Part shown: in pieces, positions 37,076-50,638 of the stretch
Layout: each line of letters opens with the position of its first letter
How positions within the stretch are numbered: position 1 is the stretch's first letter
Assembly (NCBI GenBank): GCA_964016885.1
Contig: OZ024745.1
Location: 32,054,001-32,118,000, forward strand
DNA length: 64,000 nucleotides
Source of the DNA: Eledone cirrhosa
Lineage: Eukaryota
Direction: 5' to 3'
Position numbers and translations under genes: made by a program
Notes under the pieces: model-generated
Database searches by the model: none
What the model saw: the letters and a program-made list of their open reading frames with translations, nothing else
Told to the model about the DNA's origin: nothing

Positions 37076-40000
37076 CTGACCCTCCCTAATAACCGTGTGT
37101 TTTTCATCACAGACACTGAGTCGCAAGCACGTTGTCTGATCGACATCGGCGCGGCTTGTAGCATTTGGCCGCTAAAACTTCTCAAAGAGAAGCCCCAACT
37201 CTCAACCGTCTCTCTGCAAGCAGTAAACCAGTCACCGATCCCCACGTACGGTCAGATTTCTCGTTCTTTGAACCTGGAATTGCGTAGAGATTTCACGTGG
37301 ATCTTCACTGTTGCTGATCTGCCTTACCCCATCCTAGGTTCAGATTTCCTGCACCACTATAACTTGATAGTGGATATGCGCAGACGCCGGTTGTTGGATG
37401 CCAACACAGAACTGTCTGTGCCGGGTACCAGATCGACTGTCTTGTCGGTCAGCCCGGTCTTCTTTATCGCTGCTACAGAAGATCCTTACCAATCACTTTT
37501 GCATTCCTTCCCGGAATTAACAAATTTGAATTTTGTGATGAGTGAGCCTACTCACTCCACCAAGCACCACATTGAAACATCCGGAGCTCCTGTGTTTTCG
37601 CGCCCTCGCCGTCTCTCTGCTGAGAAACTGAAGGCCGCAAAGGCTGAATTCAATCACATGCTGCAGCTCGGGATCATTCGCCCATCCTCAAGCCCGTGGG
37701 CCGCACCCTTGCATTTGGTACCAAAGCGTTCCGGTGATTGGCGTCCCACTGGGGACTTTCGCCGATTAAATGCAATGACGGTACCCGACCGCTACCCGAT
37801 ACCACACATACAGGATTTTGCATCTTCGCTGCATGGATGCAACATATTCTCCAAATTGGATTTGGTCAAAGCATACCACCAAATCCCGGTGAACCCGGCA
37901 GACATACCTAAAACTGCAGTAACAACTCCATTTGGAGCGTTTGAATTTTTGACCATGCCTTTCGGTTTGCGAAACGCAGCCAGCACGTTCCAACGATTTA
38001 TGGATGAAGTTGTGCGCGATTTAGACTTCGTGTACAACTACATCGACGACATTCTTGTGGCAAGTGCCTCACCTGAGGAACATGTCAATCACCTCCGTCT
38101 CCTGTTCGAGAGATTTCAAAAATACCAAGTGAGAATTAATCCGGCAAAATGTGTTTTCGGTGCTTCCTCACTTGTCTTCTTGGGCCATGTCATCAGCCCA
38201 GAAGGAATTTCGCCACTACCTGATAAAGTGAAAGCGGTACAAGACCTCCAACCACCCACTTCACTTCGTCAACTACGACATTTCCTTGGGCTACTGAACT
38301 ATTACAGGCGCTTTATCCCACACTGTGCGGATCTCCTGTCTCCTCTGTCTGACCTGTTACGTAACAGGAAAAAGAAGAACGATTCCATTTCATTGGACAC
38401 AAATCAGCTAAAAGCCTTCGACAAAGTGAAGCGGAAGCTTACGGAGATATCACTGCTTGCACATCCTGTGTCTGGTGCCCAGTTTTCACTGGTTGTTGAT
38501 GCATCAGGCACAGCTGTAGGTGCAGTACTGCAACAACATCACCAACAACAGTTACAACCTCTTGCCTACTTTTCTAAACAGCTGAAGCCTGCAGAAACAC
38601 GGTATAGCACATTCGGCCGTGAACTCTTGGCTATGTACCTTGCAGTGAAACACTTTCGGCATTCACTGGAGGGTCGCCAATTTGTTATATACACTGACCA
38701 CCGTCCGCTTACGTTCGCACTGCGTTCTAAGCCGGACAAATATTCACCTCGCGAAACTCGCCACTTGGACTTCGTTTCGCAATTTACCAGCGATATCCGA
38801 CACATCTCTGGTGAGCAGAATGCGGCGGCAGATGCACTGTCTCGCCTCCCAATTAATTCCCTGTCATCGCCAGCGGAAATCGACCTCCAACGAATGGCCA
38901 CGGAACAACCACCTCTGGATACTTTGGACCTCTCGTCTTCTGAATTTGCAACTGGCAAATTTGCATATCTGCCTGTGCCCACTTCGGACACACAGATTAT
39001 CTGCGACACCTCGACAGATGCACCTCGCCCTCTAGTGCCAGTGACTCATCGTCGAGCAGTTTTCGACACCTTGCACGGTCTGGCACACCCTGGAATATCG
39101 ACCACAGTGAAGCTCATTTCGGATAGATTCTTCTGGCCTAATATGAGGCGTGACATCACTGCCTGGACACGTTCATGCCTATCCTGCCAAAAGTCAAAGG
39201 TGCACAAACACATCCGCGCACCCCTTGGAACTTTCAGCACTCCAGACGCTCGGTTCAGCCATGTCCATATAGATCTTGTCGGACCATGGCCGGTCAGCCG
39301 AGGATTTACATACCTCCTGACCTGCATAGATCGCTTCACACGTTGGCCTGAAGCCATTCCTTTAAGTGACATTTCGGCGGAATCTGTGGCGCGAGCTCTA
39401 GTATCGGGTTGGATATCGCGTTACGGAGTTCCAGCCACTATCACCACTGACCGCGGTGGACAATTTGAGTCACACCTTTTCCGAGAGCTTTCAAGGATCC
39501 TGGGAATGCAACGCATTCGAACGACCAGCTACCATCCAGCTTCTAACGGAATGATTGAACGCTTCCACCGCCAATTGAAAGCCGCACTGCGCGCTTATCC
39601 GGATCAGCAGCGGTGGAGCGAATATGTACCAATTGTCCTCCTGGGCTGTCGTGCAGCCATCAAGGAAGATCTAGGCTACTCCCCCGCCGAGTTGGTTTAC
39701 GGAGTGCCTATATCTCTGCCTGGTCAGATGTTAGCTCCATTGGACCTACCAGCAACAGACCCAGCTCTGTATGTGAGCAGACTGCAATCATATTTCAGCA
39801 ATCTTCCGCCTATGCACCCTCGCCAACAGACAATCAAATCTTCGGTCCCGAAAGACATTGTTTCATGGACCCACGTCTTTTTACGAAAGGACGCCGTGAG
39901 AGCTCCTCTCATGCCACCTTATACCGGTCCCTATCGCGTGCTTGAGCGCACAGATAAGCTATTCACCCTAGACATTGGGGGTAAAAAAGAGACTGTGTCC

Positions 40001-40189
40001 ATTGACAGGGTAAAACGGGCCTATACAGACACTCTCACACAAGAGCCCCATTTTCCCCCCACATACACCTGGCATCAGCCAAGCCACAATACACATATAA
40101 CATCGCACACACCTACATATGTCACCACCACACGTAGCGGTCGGCGGGTACATTGGCCCAAGAAGCTTTGCAAGACTCTTTATATATGA
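37034..40189 (+). CDS. pol: Gypsy Pol (protease, RT, RNase H, integrase), expressed by frameshift
   Basis: Uninterrupted ORF with LIDIGA, YIDD, VDAS...DALSR, HHCC zinc finger, D-D-E core and GPY motif. Confidence 0.96.
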   Translation, partial: GKQISGDLSTAQSPLTLPNNRVFFITDTESQARCLIDIGAACSIWPLKLLKEKPQLSTVSLQAVNQSPIPTYGQISRSLNLELRRDFTWIFTVADLPYPILGSDFLHHYNLIVDMRRRRLLDANTELSVPGTRSTVLSVSPVFFIAATEDPYQSLLHSFPELTNLNFVMSEPTHSTKHHIETSGAPVFSRPRRLSAEKLKAAKAEFNHMLQLGIIRPSSSPWAAPLHLVPKRSGDWRPTGDFRRLNAMTVPDRYPIPHIQDFASSLHGCNIFSKLDLVKAYHQIPVNPADIPKTAVTTPFGAFEFLTMPFGLRNAASTFQRFMDEVVRDLDFVYNYIDDILVASASPEEHVNHLRLLFERFQKYQVRINPAKCVFGASSLVFLGHVISPEGISPLPDKVKAVQDLQPPTSLRQLRHFLGLLNYYRRFIPHCADLLSPLSDLLRNRKKKNDSISLDTNQLKAFDKVKRKLTEISLLAHPVSGAQFSLVVDASGTAVGAVLQQHHQQQLQPLAYFSKQLKPAETRYSTFGRELLAMYLAVKHFRHSLEGRQFVIYTDHRPLTFALRSKPDKYSPRETRHLDFVSQFTSDIRHISGEQNAAADALSRLPINSLSSPAEIDLQRMATEQPPLDTLDLSSSEFATGKFAYLPVPTSDTQIICDTSTDAPRPLVPVTHRRAVFDTLHGLAHPGISTTVKLISDRFFWPNMRRDITAWTRSCLSCQKSKVHKHIRAPLGTFSTPDARFSHVHIDLVGPWPVSRGFTYLLTCIDRFTRWPEAIPLSDISAESVARALVSGWISRYGVPATITTDRGGQFESHLFRELSRILGMQRIRTTSYHPASNGMIERFHRQLKAALRAYPDQQRWSEYVPIVLLGCRAAIKEDLGYSPAELVYGVPISLPGQMLAPLDLPATDPALYVSRLQSYFSNLPPMHPRQQTIKSSVPKDIVSWTHVFLRKDAVRAPLMPPYTGPYRVLERTDKLFTLDIGGKKETVSIDRVKRAYTDTLTQEPHFPPTYTWHQPSHNTHITSHTPTYVTTTRSGRRVHWPKKLCKTLYI

Positions 40190-40411
40190 ACTATGTTATT
40201 TACAGCAATCTTCTTGGAGTTTGCTCCGCCCTTGTATTTGTATTAAATGTATGAACTAAGGTGAACATTACACTATTTCTGACTTTCCTGTAATATGAAC
40301 ATTTCTTTATCAGTGATATATTTTATTGTGTTTACTATTATATAGTACTTTTTCTTTCATTCAACTGCTACCCTTATTTCTCTGTCGGCTGTAAGCCTAA
40401 GCAGGGGGTGA

Positions 40412-40813
40412 TGTAGCAGTGAATAAAATGTATTTTCCTTCTGCGGCGGAATGGTGTTACGGAGGTAAGTTGGCTGAAGTGTGAGCCAATCGAAACCTTC
40501 GGTGCACTAATTCGACTGTCCAGAACTACGTCACCAGGTGAGCGGAGGTGACCAAGAGAGACATTAGTCTACACGCACCTCTCTTATCGACAAGACCAGG
40601 CTACACTCATCGCTGCTAACAACATCTCCATCTTGCAATGAAGCGGACCAAACTACATCCTACACATGTAGATACGACCTGTACCTAATGTATCCGTTCA
40701 ACATGTACGACTAATAAATAGAGTTACAACATCGATAATGGATTTAGTCAATGTTCTAAATGCCTTCTGATTTCTATTATGTATACCAAGAATTGACCCT
40801 AAAACGCGTTATA
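40412..40813 (+). repeat. 3' LTR
   Basis: Direct repeat of the 5' LTR, preceded by the purine tract AGCAGGGGGTGA. Confidence 0.95.
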
Positions 40814-41469
40814 GCACCAACATGACTACTTGCAAAGTGTACTGGGTGCATTTTGTCATGGCACCAGTACTACCACTTATAAAGTGTATTTAGTGCATTT
40901 TTATGACACCAACACTAGAGTGATTGCTGTATCCTCGATAGGACAGAGATAAAAGCAATAATTGGGTAGGACGACGAGAGTATGACGGTTGCGACACTGT
41001 AGGAGAGCAATTGTAGCTTCATGTTGGTTGTTACTGAGAAAAGAGAAAATAGACAAGAGGTTCATTCAAATGTCAATAGGTCATCAACAGACGCCAGAAA
41101 TTATAATAGATTGGATGCAATAGATGTTCCTTACGACTCGTCCGACCTCACACTTTTATCGATTTATTTCTGTAAAACAGACTAGGTAATTATTTATCAA
41201 CAACGTTATAATATTTGAAGAGAAGCATTGTATTTTGACAAAGAAGCAGTGGGACCATCTTTTATTTTTTATTTTATGTCTTTCTCTATGGCATTTGCTT
41301 CAGCCTTTTGAGAAAGGTTACTCTTCATCGTGACCGAAGTCACAAAACACATGAATACACACAAGTAGACACAGCTAAAGGTTGGAATACCAGCTATTGT
41401 TGCTAATGATTAAATAATCCAGCGAAGTAGTACACAGGATAATCATTTGCATATTTAATCAAGTAGTAC

Positions 41470-42190
41470 AAGAGGGTGCCACAAGGATTAAAAAAAAAAC
41501 AATTGCACAATTATTTAGAGACAGGAATAATGTTGATGTATTGCAGTTTGAATTTATGTCTGGGAGAAGCACTACCAATGTCATCTTCTTAGTGATACAG
41601 CAGCAGTAGAAGTATATGTTAACCTGTAAAACAGAATGCAACACTGTAATTTGGTTGTCATTTAGGTTAATAGGGAGAAATATACCGAGGCGTAACAAGC
41701 AAAGTGACCGTCGACAGCGAGTATAGCGACGAATTTAATGTGCAGGTGAGAGTCCACTGAGCCTCAATCCTTTGTCATCTCCTGTTTATTATAGGCCATA
41801 ACAAAGGAATTCAAGACTGGTGTCCCATATGATCTAGCCCTCATAGCCAAATTTGAAGAACTAGATAAAAAAAATTCCATACATGGGAGCATAATCTGGA
41901 ATCAAAGGGACTCAAACTAAACCTATCAAACAGTAAAGTTTGAGTAAATAGGGAAAAGGAGAAAACTGCTACCATCAGGGAAATGGTTATACTTAATATA
42001 TTGAAAAGGAATAGGAAGAAACTCCATAGAGCGTATCTAGTTTATACAATAGGTGCACAAATGACATAGTGGGATCGCAGATAACTTGAGAGAGAAGGTA
42101 GACTTTGCATGTAACAAATGCAGAGATGGTCAACAGTAAGTCTGTCTGTGAAACAAACTTTCTCAAATGTACAGAAGGCTCACTAAACAC
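41470..42190 (+). mobile_element. Decayed RTE LINE RT fragment
   Basis: Collinear similarity to 20560-21310 (aggaattcaagactgg, cataatctggaatcaaagg and others). Confidence 0.6.
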
Positions 42191-42764
42191 ATCTGACTTG
42201 GGATAAATCACCACCACCCTCCCTACTCTATAGGGTTGAGCGGGTTCTTCATTCGATTTAATGACCGACAACCTCCCTGGGGCTATTGTCACATTAAAAT
42301 GCATCCCGTACTGTCTGTAAATGATTTGGTGTTATACTTTGGCAGAGTCATGCTGCCAAAACATACGCCCCAGAGAGTGTAGCAGTACATAAAGACATAT
42401 ATACACACATATGTGAATACTACCTACAAGCTACAGAAAGACAAGATGGAGTAAATAAAATAAAATGAAAACGAATAAGAGATACAGAGTAGCAAGAATA
42501 GTCATTAAGAAGATCACAACAATTAAATATGAAAATAAGTATCTGGCTACTAAACTAGGGCTACTAGACTAGAGGTGGATTTGTTACCTAACTAATAAAA
42601 CCGTGAAACTCAACTGAGTGTGTGTTTTTATTAGCAGCATGACCCTCCCAAAGTAAACAATATCCGATTCAGCACATGATTTTATATCAAGATTCTTGAA
42701 AAACAAATACAAACACGAAGTATATATATATATATATATATATATTATACATATATATATATAC

Positions 42765-42842
<78 letters not shown>

Positions 42843-42844
<2 letters not shown>

Positions 42845-43541
42845 CATCATCATCATCATCATCATCATCAGGTTTAGCGGCCGTGTTCCACGCTTGCATG
42901 GGTTTGGACGGGGGTTTTCCCACTTGAGGCAAGAGTGGTTGTCTTGCTCGCATAGGACTGTCTGGCGGGTTTTCTACAGTTGGATGCCCTTCCTAACACC
43001 AACCACATTTACAGTGTGGGGCTGGGAGGTTTTTACCGTGTTGCCTACACGGCCACATTACAGCGTGGACTGTCTGGCGGGTTTTCTACAGCTGGATGCC
43101 CTTCCGAACACCAACCACATTTACAGTGTGGGGCTGGGAGGTTTTTACCGTGTTGCCTACACGGCCACATTTACAGCGTGGACTGTGTGTTTTTTTTTGT
43201 CGTGACACCTACACGATCTCATTTGTTTTGGCCTGGATGTTGTGGGACCAACATAACTTTACATTGAAAGGGGCGGTGTGGATGGGGTGGAGGTGGTGGG
43301 ACGAGGGTGTGTTTTGATAGAGATGCCTACTGACTGTAGTAGGTTTTTACTTTGTATTTAGGTAAGGCGGGTCTTCTCTATTACTGAGTACCGCCAAAGG
43401 TCTCGGTCCAGTGACATTGTCTTGGAGAGGTGTAAGCGTGTGAGGTCGGAATTTATCAGCTCGTCCCATGTTTTTCTGGGTCTGCCTACTCCGTGACTAC
43501 CGTCTATCTTTATTGCCCTGCACTTTGTTATACAGCTATCT
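42843..43541 (-). mobile_element. RTE LINE 3' fragment (same family as 12705 and 16035)
   Basis: DSCITKCRAIKIDGSHGVGRPRKTW ORF end, duplicated 3'UTR unit, (GAT)n tail joined to (TA)n. Confidence 0.92.
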
Positions 43542-43720
43542 TTGTCTGTTGCAATGTAAACACATTTCGTGTTTATCATATACTTTAAATGTATTTAACT
43601 GCTCGGAAGAGCCCCTTCCTGGAGCTTAATTATTGTAAACGACTGAGAGTTTATTCTCAAAATATAATATAATATATATATACATATATTTATATACATA
43701 TATATATATATATATACATA

Positions 43721-43757
<37 letters not shown>

Positions 43758-43809
43758 GTATATATATATATATACATATATATACATATATATATATAGC
43801 TATATATAT

Positions 43810-43922
<113 letters not shown>

Positions 43923-44053
43923 CATATGTAGGAGGTGAGTTTTATTGTAGTACAATAAAGCAATGCAGATATCGGATAAGAAGCACTCTACAGTTTGTGG
44001 GACTGGAGTATGCATAATATAAGATCAAAAGATGGTTAAAGGAGTTCCATATA

Positions 44054-44120
44054 TTTTATTATGCGCATTTCAAAAACAAACATCATCAAGCAATAATATT
44101 TGTGTTTTCATCAGATAAAA
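44054..44120 (-). ncRNA. Type I hammerhead ribozyme in PLE 3' region (pseudo-LTR)
   Basis: Minus strand: TTTTAT CTGATGA AAACACAAATATTAT(loop)ATGATGTTTGTTTTT GAA ATGCGCAT A ATAAAA. Stem I 6 bp, long stem II, palindromic stem III, AUA triplet. Same strand as the PLE ORF. Confidence 0.85.
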
Positions 44121-45099
44121 CAGGAGAACATGATATGAAGGCTAAAAAAACACTTATTGATAGTGCAGTTTTAAATTAACATATGAAAAGTGGTTTTAGA
44201 TTGATGTGTGATATTGGGAAAAATATTTTATTTAGAGAGGAGGGGGAAAGGATGAAAAGGGAAGGAGATGAGAGGGAGAGATGGGTGATAGAGAGAAAGA
44301 GATAGTTTTTATAACTGAGAGGAGATATATTTTTTACATAGAGGGGTTGAAAACCGTTGGAAGATACTGTATAAATTAAAATTTTGAAAATTAACGAAGG
44401 GAGGATATGTGCGAGGAAAAAATATTTTATTTAGGGAGGGGCGGGTGGAAAGGATGAAAAAAAGGGGGGAGGAGATGAGAGTGAAGGTGGAGAGGGAGAG
44501 ATGGGTGATAGAGAGAAAGAGATAGTTTTTATAACTGAGAAAAAGATATATTGTTTTAATATAGAGAGGTTGGGAACTGTTGGAAGATAATGTATAAATT
44601 AAAGGAATTTGAAAATTAACGAAGGGAAATTATGTATGAAGATAGAGAGAAAAAAATAATAATTGTGGGTGAATATTCTAACGTCAAAAGAAAAAATGTA
44701 TGTATTGTGGCAATTTCAAAATTAGCGAAGAGAAAAATTAAGGTTTGTGTGTAGAAGGATTTGAGAAAAATAATGTGAAGTTAAAGTTTGTATATTGAAT
44801 TGATATGTATTAATAATGAGTTCGTTGATGGGGAGAAAAAAAAAATAATAATAAATTAAGGATGAAATTGAGATTAAAAAGATTTATGATAGAGAGAAAA
44901 AATAATAATGATTGCGGATGAATATTCAAAATGTCAAAAACAAATGTTATTATTTTACGAGAAGATAGAATGAGGGTAATGAGTAAACGAGTATTATAGA
45001 GTGTATAATGCCCTTTAAAGTAAGGTAGATGGGTATATTTTAAAGAGGTGTATGTATATGTCTTTGAGAAAAGATTCTAAATTGATAAAGAATTGAATA

Positions 45100-46296
45100 T
45101 TAACTGTATACTTTGTGAAAAGTTCTATGGAATTTATGCAGGCAGATAGAAAACAAATCTGAGCGTCTATTTATTATAGATTCTAGGTTAGAGATAATGG
45201 TAAATTTTTCATTTAGGCAGAGATTACAGATTTTAGATAGAGAGCTGTTCAAGTATGAGGATGCAGAAGAAATCTTTTTCCAAAAGATGTTATATTTAAT
45301 GTTTTTGTCTTTTAAGGACCATATGAGTTCTGAGAGAGCAGTGTTAGTTCTTTTAAGTTTGTATTTGAAAGATGAATGATGATTATAGAGACGAGCTTTA
45401 AAAGAGGTGGAAGTGGAGCCAAAATAGGTGAAGGAATTGGTGCTAGTTATAATTTTACATTCATAAATTAAGTTTTTATCGAGGCAATGGTTGTTGAGAG
45501 GACATTTATTTTTAATGCGGCAGTTGCAATTAGAGAGATTATTAATGAGTGATCTAGTGTTATCTATAGAAGGAATTGGATTGGAGAAGTTGTTTGCGAT
45601 AGGAATAATAGGAATAATAGTTTCTTGATTTAGAGTTGGATTATGAACATTTAGCGAAGTTGTGTTTGACGTTGTATTTGGGTTTACAGAAGTTAGCCTA
45701 GGGTTTACAATGACGTCGGGAGTACTATTACTGTTATTATGAAATTCAATATTGGAAGGAAGAGATTTAGTATTTAATATTTTGTTGTTGTGTTTAGAGA
45801 TGATGTTGGAAATATTGGAGGATGTAGAATACGAAAATTTGATGGTGTGTTTGTTAAATATTTTACTATAGATATGTGAGGGAGGGAAGCATTTATTTAA
45901 GGCACTAAAAAATAATTTAGGAATATTGTTATTAATAGAGATGGAGAAAGGAGCATTATACCAGATTATGTTTTTGTATCTAGGTCTTTTATTAAAATTA
46001 TTGGAATGGTCATGATTAATTATTCTACTGTAAGTTTTCCTAGAATTTGTTTCTTTATTATATTTGATTTTATCTGGATAGCCGGCTTTAGAAAGTGCGT
46101 TATTATAGTAATTGGCGTTAGCATCAAAGATGTTTTTATTAGAAGATATGTTAGATATTCTATTTCCAATATTATTAACTATAGCATTCTTGATATTGGT
46201 AGGATGGTTAGATTTAAAGTTAACATAATTAAGATTCTCATTGTTTTTATGGTAAGGGTAATATAGGCCAGTGTCAAGATTAAGAGATACATCCAA
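45100..46296 (-). CDS. PLE ORF C-terminal part: RT thumb, CxCx5C linker, GIY-YIG endonuclease (5'-truncated, no true start)
   Basis: FLDV, YVNFKSNHP, CNCRIKNKCPL, LIYECKI...YFGSTSTSFKARLYNH, CNLCLNEK. Confidence 0.88.
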   Translation of the reverse strand: MDVSLNLDTGLYYPYHKNNENLNYVNFKSNHPTNIKNAIVNNIGNRISNISSNKNIFDANANYYNNALSKAGYPDKIKYNKETNSRKTYSRIINHDHSNNFNKRPRYKNIIWYNAPFSISINNNIPKLFFSALNKCFPPSHIYSKIFNKHTIKFSYSTSSNISNIISKHNNKILNTKSLPSNIEFHNNSNSTPDVIVNPRLTSVNPNTTSNTTSLNVHNPTLNQETIIPIIPIANNFSNPIPSIDNTRSLINNLSNCNCRIKNKCPLNNHCLDKNLIYECKIITSTNSFTYFGSTSTSFKARLYNHHSSFKYKLKRTNTALSELIWSLKDKNIKYNIFWKKISSASSYLNSSLSKICNLCLNEKFTIISNLESIINRRSDLFSICLHKFHRTFHKVYS

Positions 46297-46328
46297 GAAA
46301 TTAGCTAGTTTGATACTATTATCAAATT

Positions 46329-46360
<32 letters not shown>

Positions 46361-46364
<4 letters not shown>

Positions 46365-48221
46365 ATTTGATAATAGTATCAAACTAGCTAATTTCTTGGA
46401 TGTATCTCTTAATCTTGACACTGGCCTATATTACCCTTACCATAAAAACAATGAGAATCTTAATTATGTTAACTTTAAATCTAACCATCCTACCAATATC
46501 AAGAATGCTATAGTTAATAATATTGGAAATAGAATATCTAACGTATCTTCTAATAAAAACATCTTTGATGCTAACGCCAATTACTATAATAACGCACTTT
46601 CTAAAGCCGGCTATCCAGATAAAATCAAATATAATAAAGAAACAAATTCTAGGAAAACTTACAGTAGAATAATTAATCATGACCATTCTAATAATTTTAA
46701 TAAAAGACCTAGATACAAAAACATAATCTGGTATAATGCTCCTTTCTCCATCTCTATTAATAACAATATTCCTAAATTATTTTTTAGTGCCTTAAATAAA
46801 TGCTTCCCTCCCTCACATATCTATAGTAAAATATTTAACAAACACACCATCAAATTTTCGTATTCTACATCCTCCAATATTTCCAACATCATCTCTAAAC
46901 ACAACAACAAAATATTAAATACTAAATCTCTTCCTTCCAATATTGAATTTCATAATAACAGTAATAGTACTCCCGACGTCATTGTAAACCCTAGGCTAAC
47001 TTCTGTAAACCCAAATACAACGTCAAACACAACTTCGCTAAATGTTCATAATCCAACTCTAAATCAAGAAACTATTATTCCTATTATTCCTATCGCAAAC
47101 AACTTCTCCAATCCAATTCCTTCTATAGATAACACTAGATCACTCATTAATAATCTCTCTAATTGCAACTGCCGCATTAAAAATAAATGTCCTCTCAACA
47201 ACCATTGCCTCGATAAAAACTTAATTTATGAATGTAAAATTATAACTAGCACCAATTCCTTCACCTATTTTGGCTCCACTTCCACCTCTTTTAAAGCTCG
47301 TCTCTATAATCATCATTCATCTTTCAAATACAAACTTAAAAGAACTAACACTGCTCTCTCAGAACTCATATGGTCCTTAAAAGACAAAAACATTAAATAT
47401 AACATCTTTTGGAAAAAGATTTCTTCTGCATCCTCATACTTGAACAGCTCTCTATCTAAAATCTGTAATCTCTGCCTAAATGAAAAATTTACCATTATCT
47501 CTAACCTAGAATCTATAATAAATAGACGCTCAGATTTGTTTTCTATCTGCCTGCATAAATTCCATAGAACTTTTCACAAAGTATACAGTTAATATTCAAT
47601 TCTTTATCAATTTAGAATCTTTTCTCAAAGACATATACATACACCTCTTTAAAATATACCCATCTACCTTACTTTAAAGGGCATTATACACTCTATAATA
47701 CTCGTTTACTCATTACCCTCATTCTATCTTCTCGTAAAATAATAACATTTGTTTTTGACATTTTGAATATTCATCCGCAATCATTATTATTTTTTCTCTC
47801 TATCATAAATCTTTTTAATCTCAATTTCATCCTTAATTTATTATTTTTTTTTTTTCTCCCCATCAACGAACTCATTATTAATACATATCAATTCAATATA
47901 CAAACTTTAACTTCACATTATTTTTCTCAAATCCTTCTACACACAAACCTTAATTTTTCTCTTCGCTAATTTTGAAATTGCCACAATACATACATTTCTT
48001 CTTTTGACGTTAGAATATTCACCCACAATTATTATTTTTTTCTCTCTATCTTCATACATAATTTCCCTTCGTTAATTTTCAAATTCCTTTAATTTATACA
48101 TTATCTTCCAACGGTTCCCAACCTCTCTATATTAAAACAATATATCTTTTTCTCAGTTATAAAAACTATCTCTTTCTCTCTATCACCCATCTCTCCCTCT
48201 CCACCTTCACTCTCATCTCCT
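46361..48221 (+). mobile_element. Inverted copy of the same PLE (right arm), running into the gap
   Basis: Mirror of 44471-46331 with a few substitutions. Confidence 0.85.
46396..47592 (+). CDS. PLE ORF C-terminal part (mirror copy)
   Basis: 398-aa translation identical to 45100-46296 except one I/V change. Confidence 0.85.
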   Translation: MDVSLNLDTGLYYPYHKNNENLNYVNFKSNHPTNIKNAIVNNIGNRISNVSSNKNIFDANANYYNNALSKAGYPDKIKYNKETNSRKTYSRIINHDHSNNFNKRPRYKNIIWYNAPFSISINNNIPKLFFSALNKCFPPSHIYSKIFNKHTIKFSYSTSSNISNIISKHNNKILNTKSLPSNIEFHNNSNSTPDVIVNPRLTSVNPNTTSNTTSLNVHNPTLNQETIIPIIPIANNFSNPIPSIDNTRSLINNLSNCNCRIKNKCPLNNHCLDKNLIYECKIITSTNSFTYFGSTSTSFKARLYNHHSSFKYKLKRTNTALSELIWSLKDKNIKYNIFWKKISSASSYLNSSLSKICNLCLNEKFTIISNLESIINRRSDLFSICLHKFHRTFHKVYS

Positions 48222-48421
48222 NNNNNNNNNNNNNNNNNNNNNNNNNNNNNNNNNNNNNNNNNNNNNNNNNNNNNNNNNNNNNNNNNNNNNNNNNNNNNNN
48301 NNNNNNNNNNNNNNNNNNNNNNNNNNNNNNNNNNNNNNNNNNNNNNNNNNNNNNNNNNNNNNNNNNNNNNNNNNNNNNNNNNNNNNNNNNNNNNNNNNNN
48401 NNNNNNNNNNNNNNNNNNNNN
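48222..48421. other. Assembly gap (200 N)
   Basis: Run of N. Confidence 1.
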
Positions 48422-48446
48422 ACGTGTATATATATATATATATATG

Positions 48447-50140
<1,694 letters not shown>

Positions 50141-50141
<1 letters not shown>

Positions 50142-50186
50142 TATATATATATATATATATACATGCATATATATATATATATATAC

Positions 50187-50217
<31 letters not shown>

Positions 50218-50342
50218 CGTGTATATATATATATACATATACACGTGTATATATAGATATATATATACACGTGTATATATATATATATATATATATATAC
50301 ACGTGTATATATATATATATATATATACACGTGTATATATAT

Positions 50343-50373
<31 letters not shown>

Positions 50374-50416
50374 CGTGTATATATATATATATATATATAT
50401 ATACACGTGTATATAT

Positions 50417-50448
<32 letters not shown>

Positions 50449-50606
50449 ACGTGTATATATATATATATATTTATATATATACATATATACGTGCATATAT
50501 ATATACGTGTGTATATATATACATGTATATATATATATATATAAATATATACACGTGTATATATATACATGTATATATATATATATATATATACACGTGT
50601 ATATAT

Positions 50607-50638
<32 letters not shown>

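Larger units (their letters stand above)
35031..40813 (+). mobile_element. Full-length young Ty3/Gypsy LTR retrotransposon
   Basis: 402-bp LTRs with 2 differences seen, 4-bp TSD GCAC, PBS at 35435, PPT at 40400-40411, gag and pol in PR-RT-RH-IN order. Inserted into an RTE 3'UTR remnant. Confidence 0.97.
43928..46331 (-). mobile_element. 5'-truncated Penelope-like element (Naiad-like), left arm of palindrome
   Basis: RT thumb plus GIY-YIG ORF, long 3' region with an internal duplication of about 230 bp and a hammerhead. The 3' end abuts (TA)n. Confidence 0.88.

Noticed and set aside
40190-40400. Possible env-like third ORF in the Gypsy element
   Set aside because: Only about 210 bp of AT-rich non-coding sequence lies between the pol stop and the PPT.
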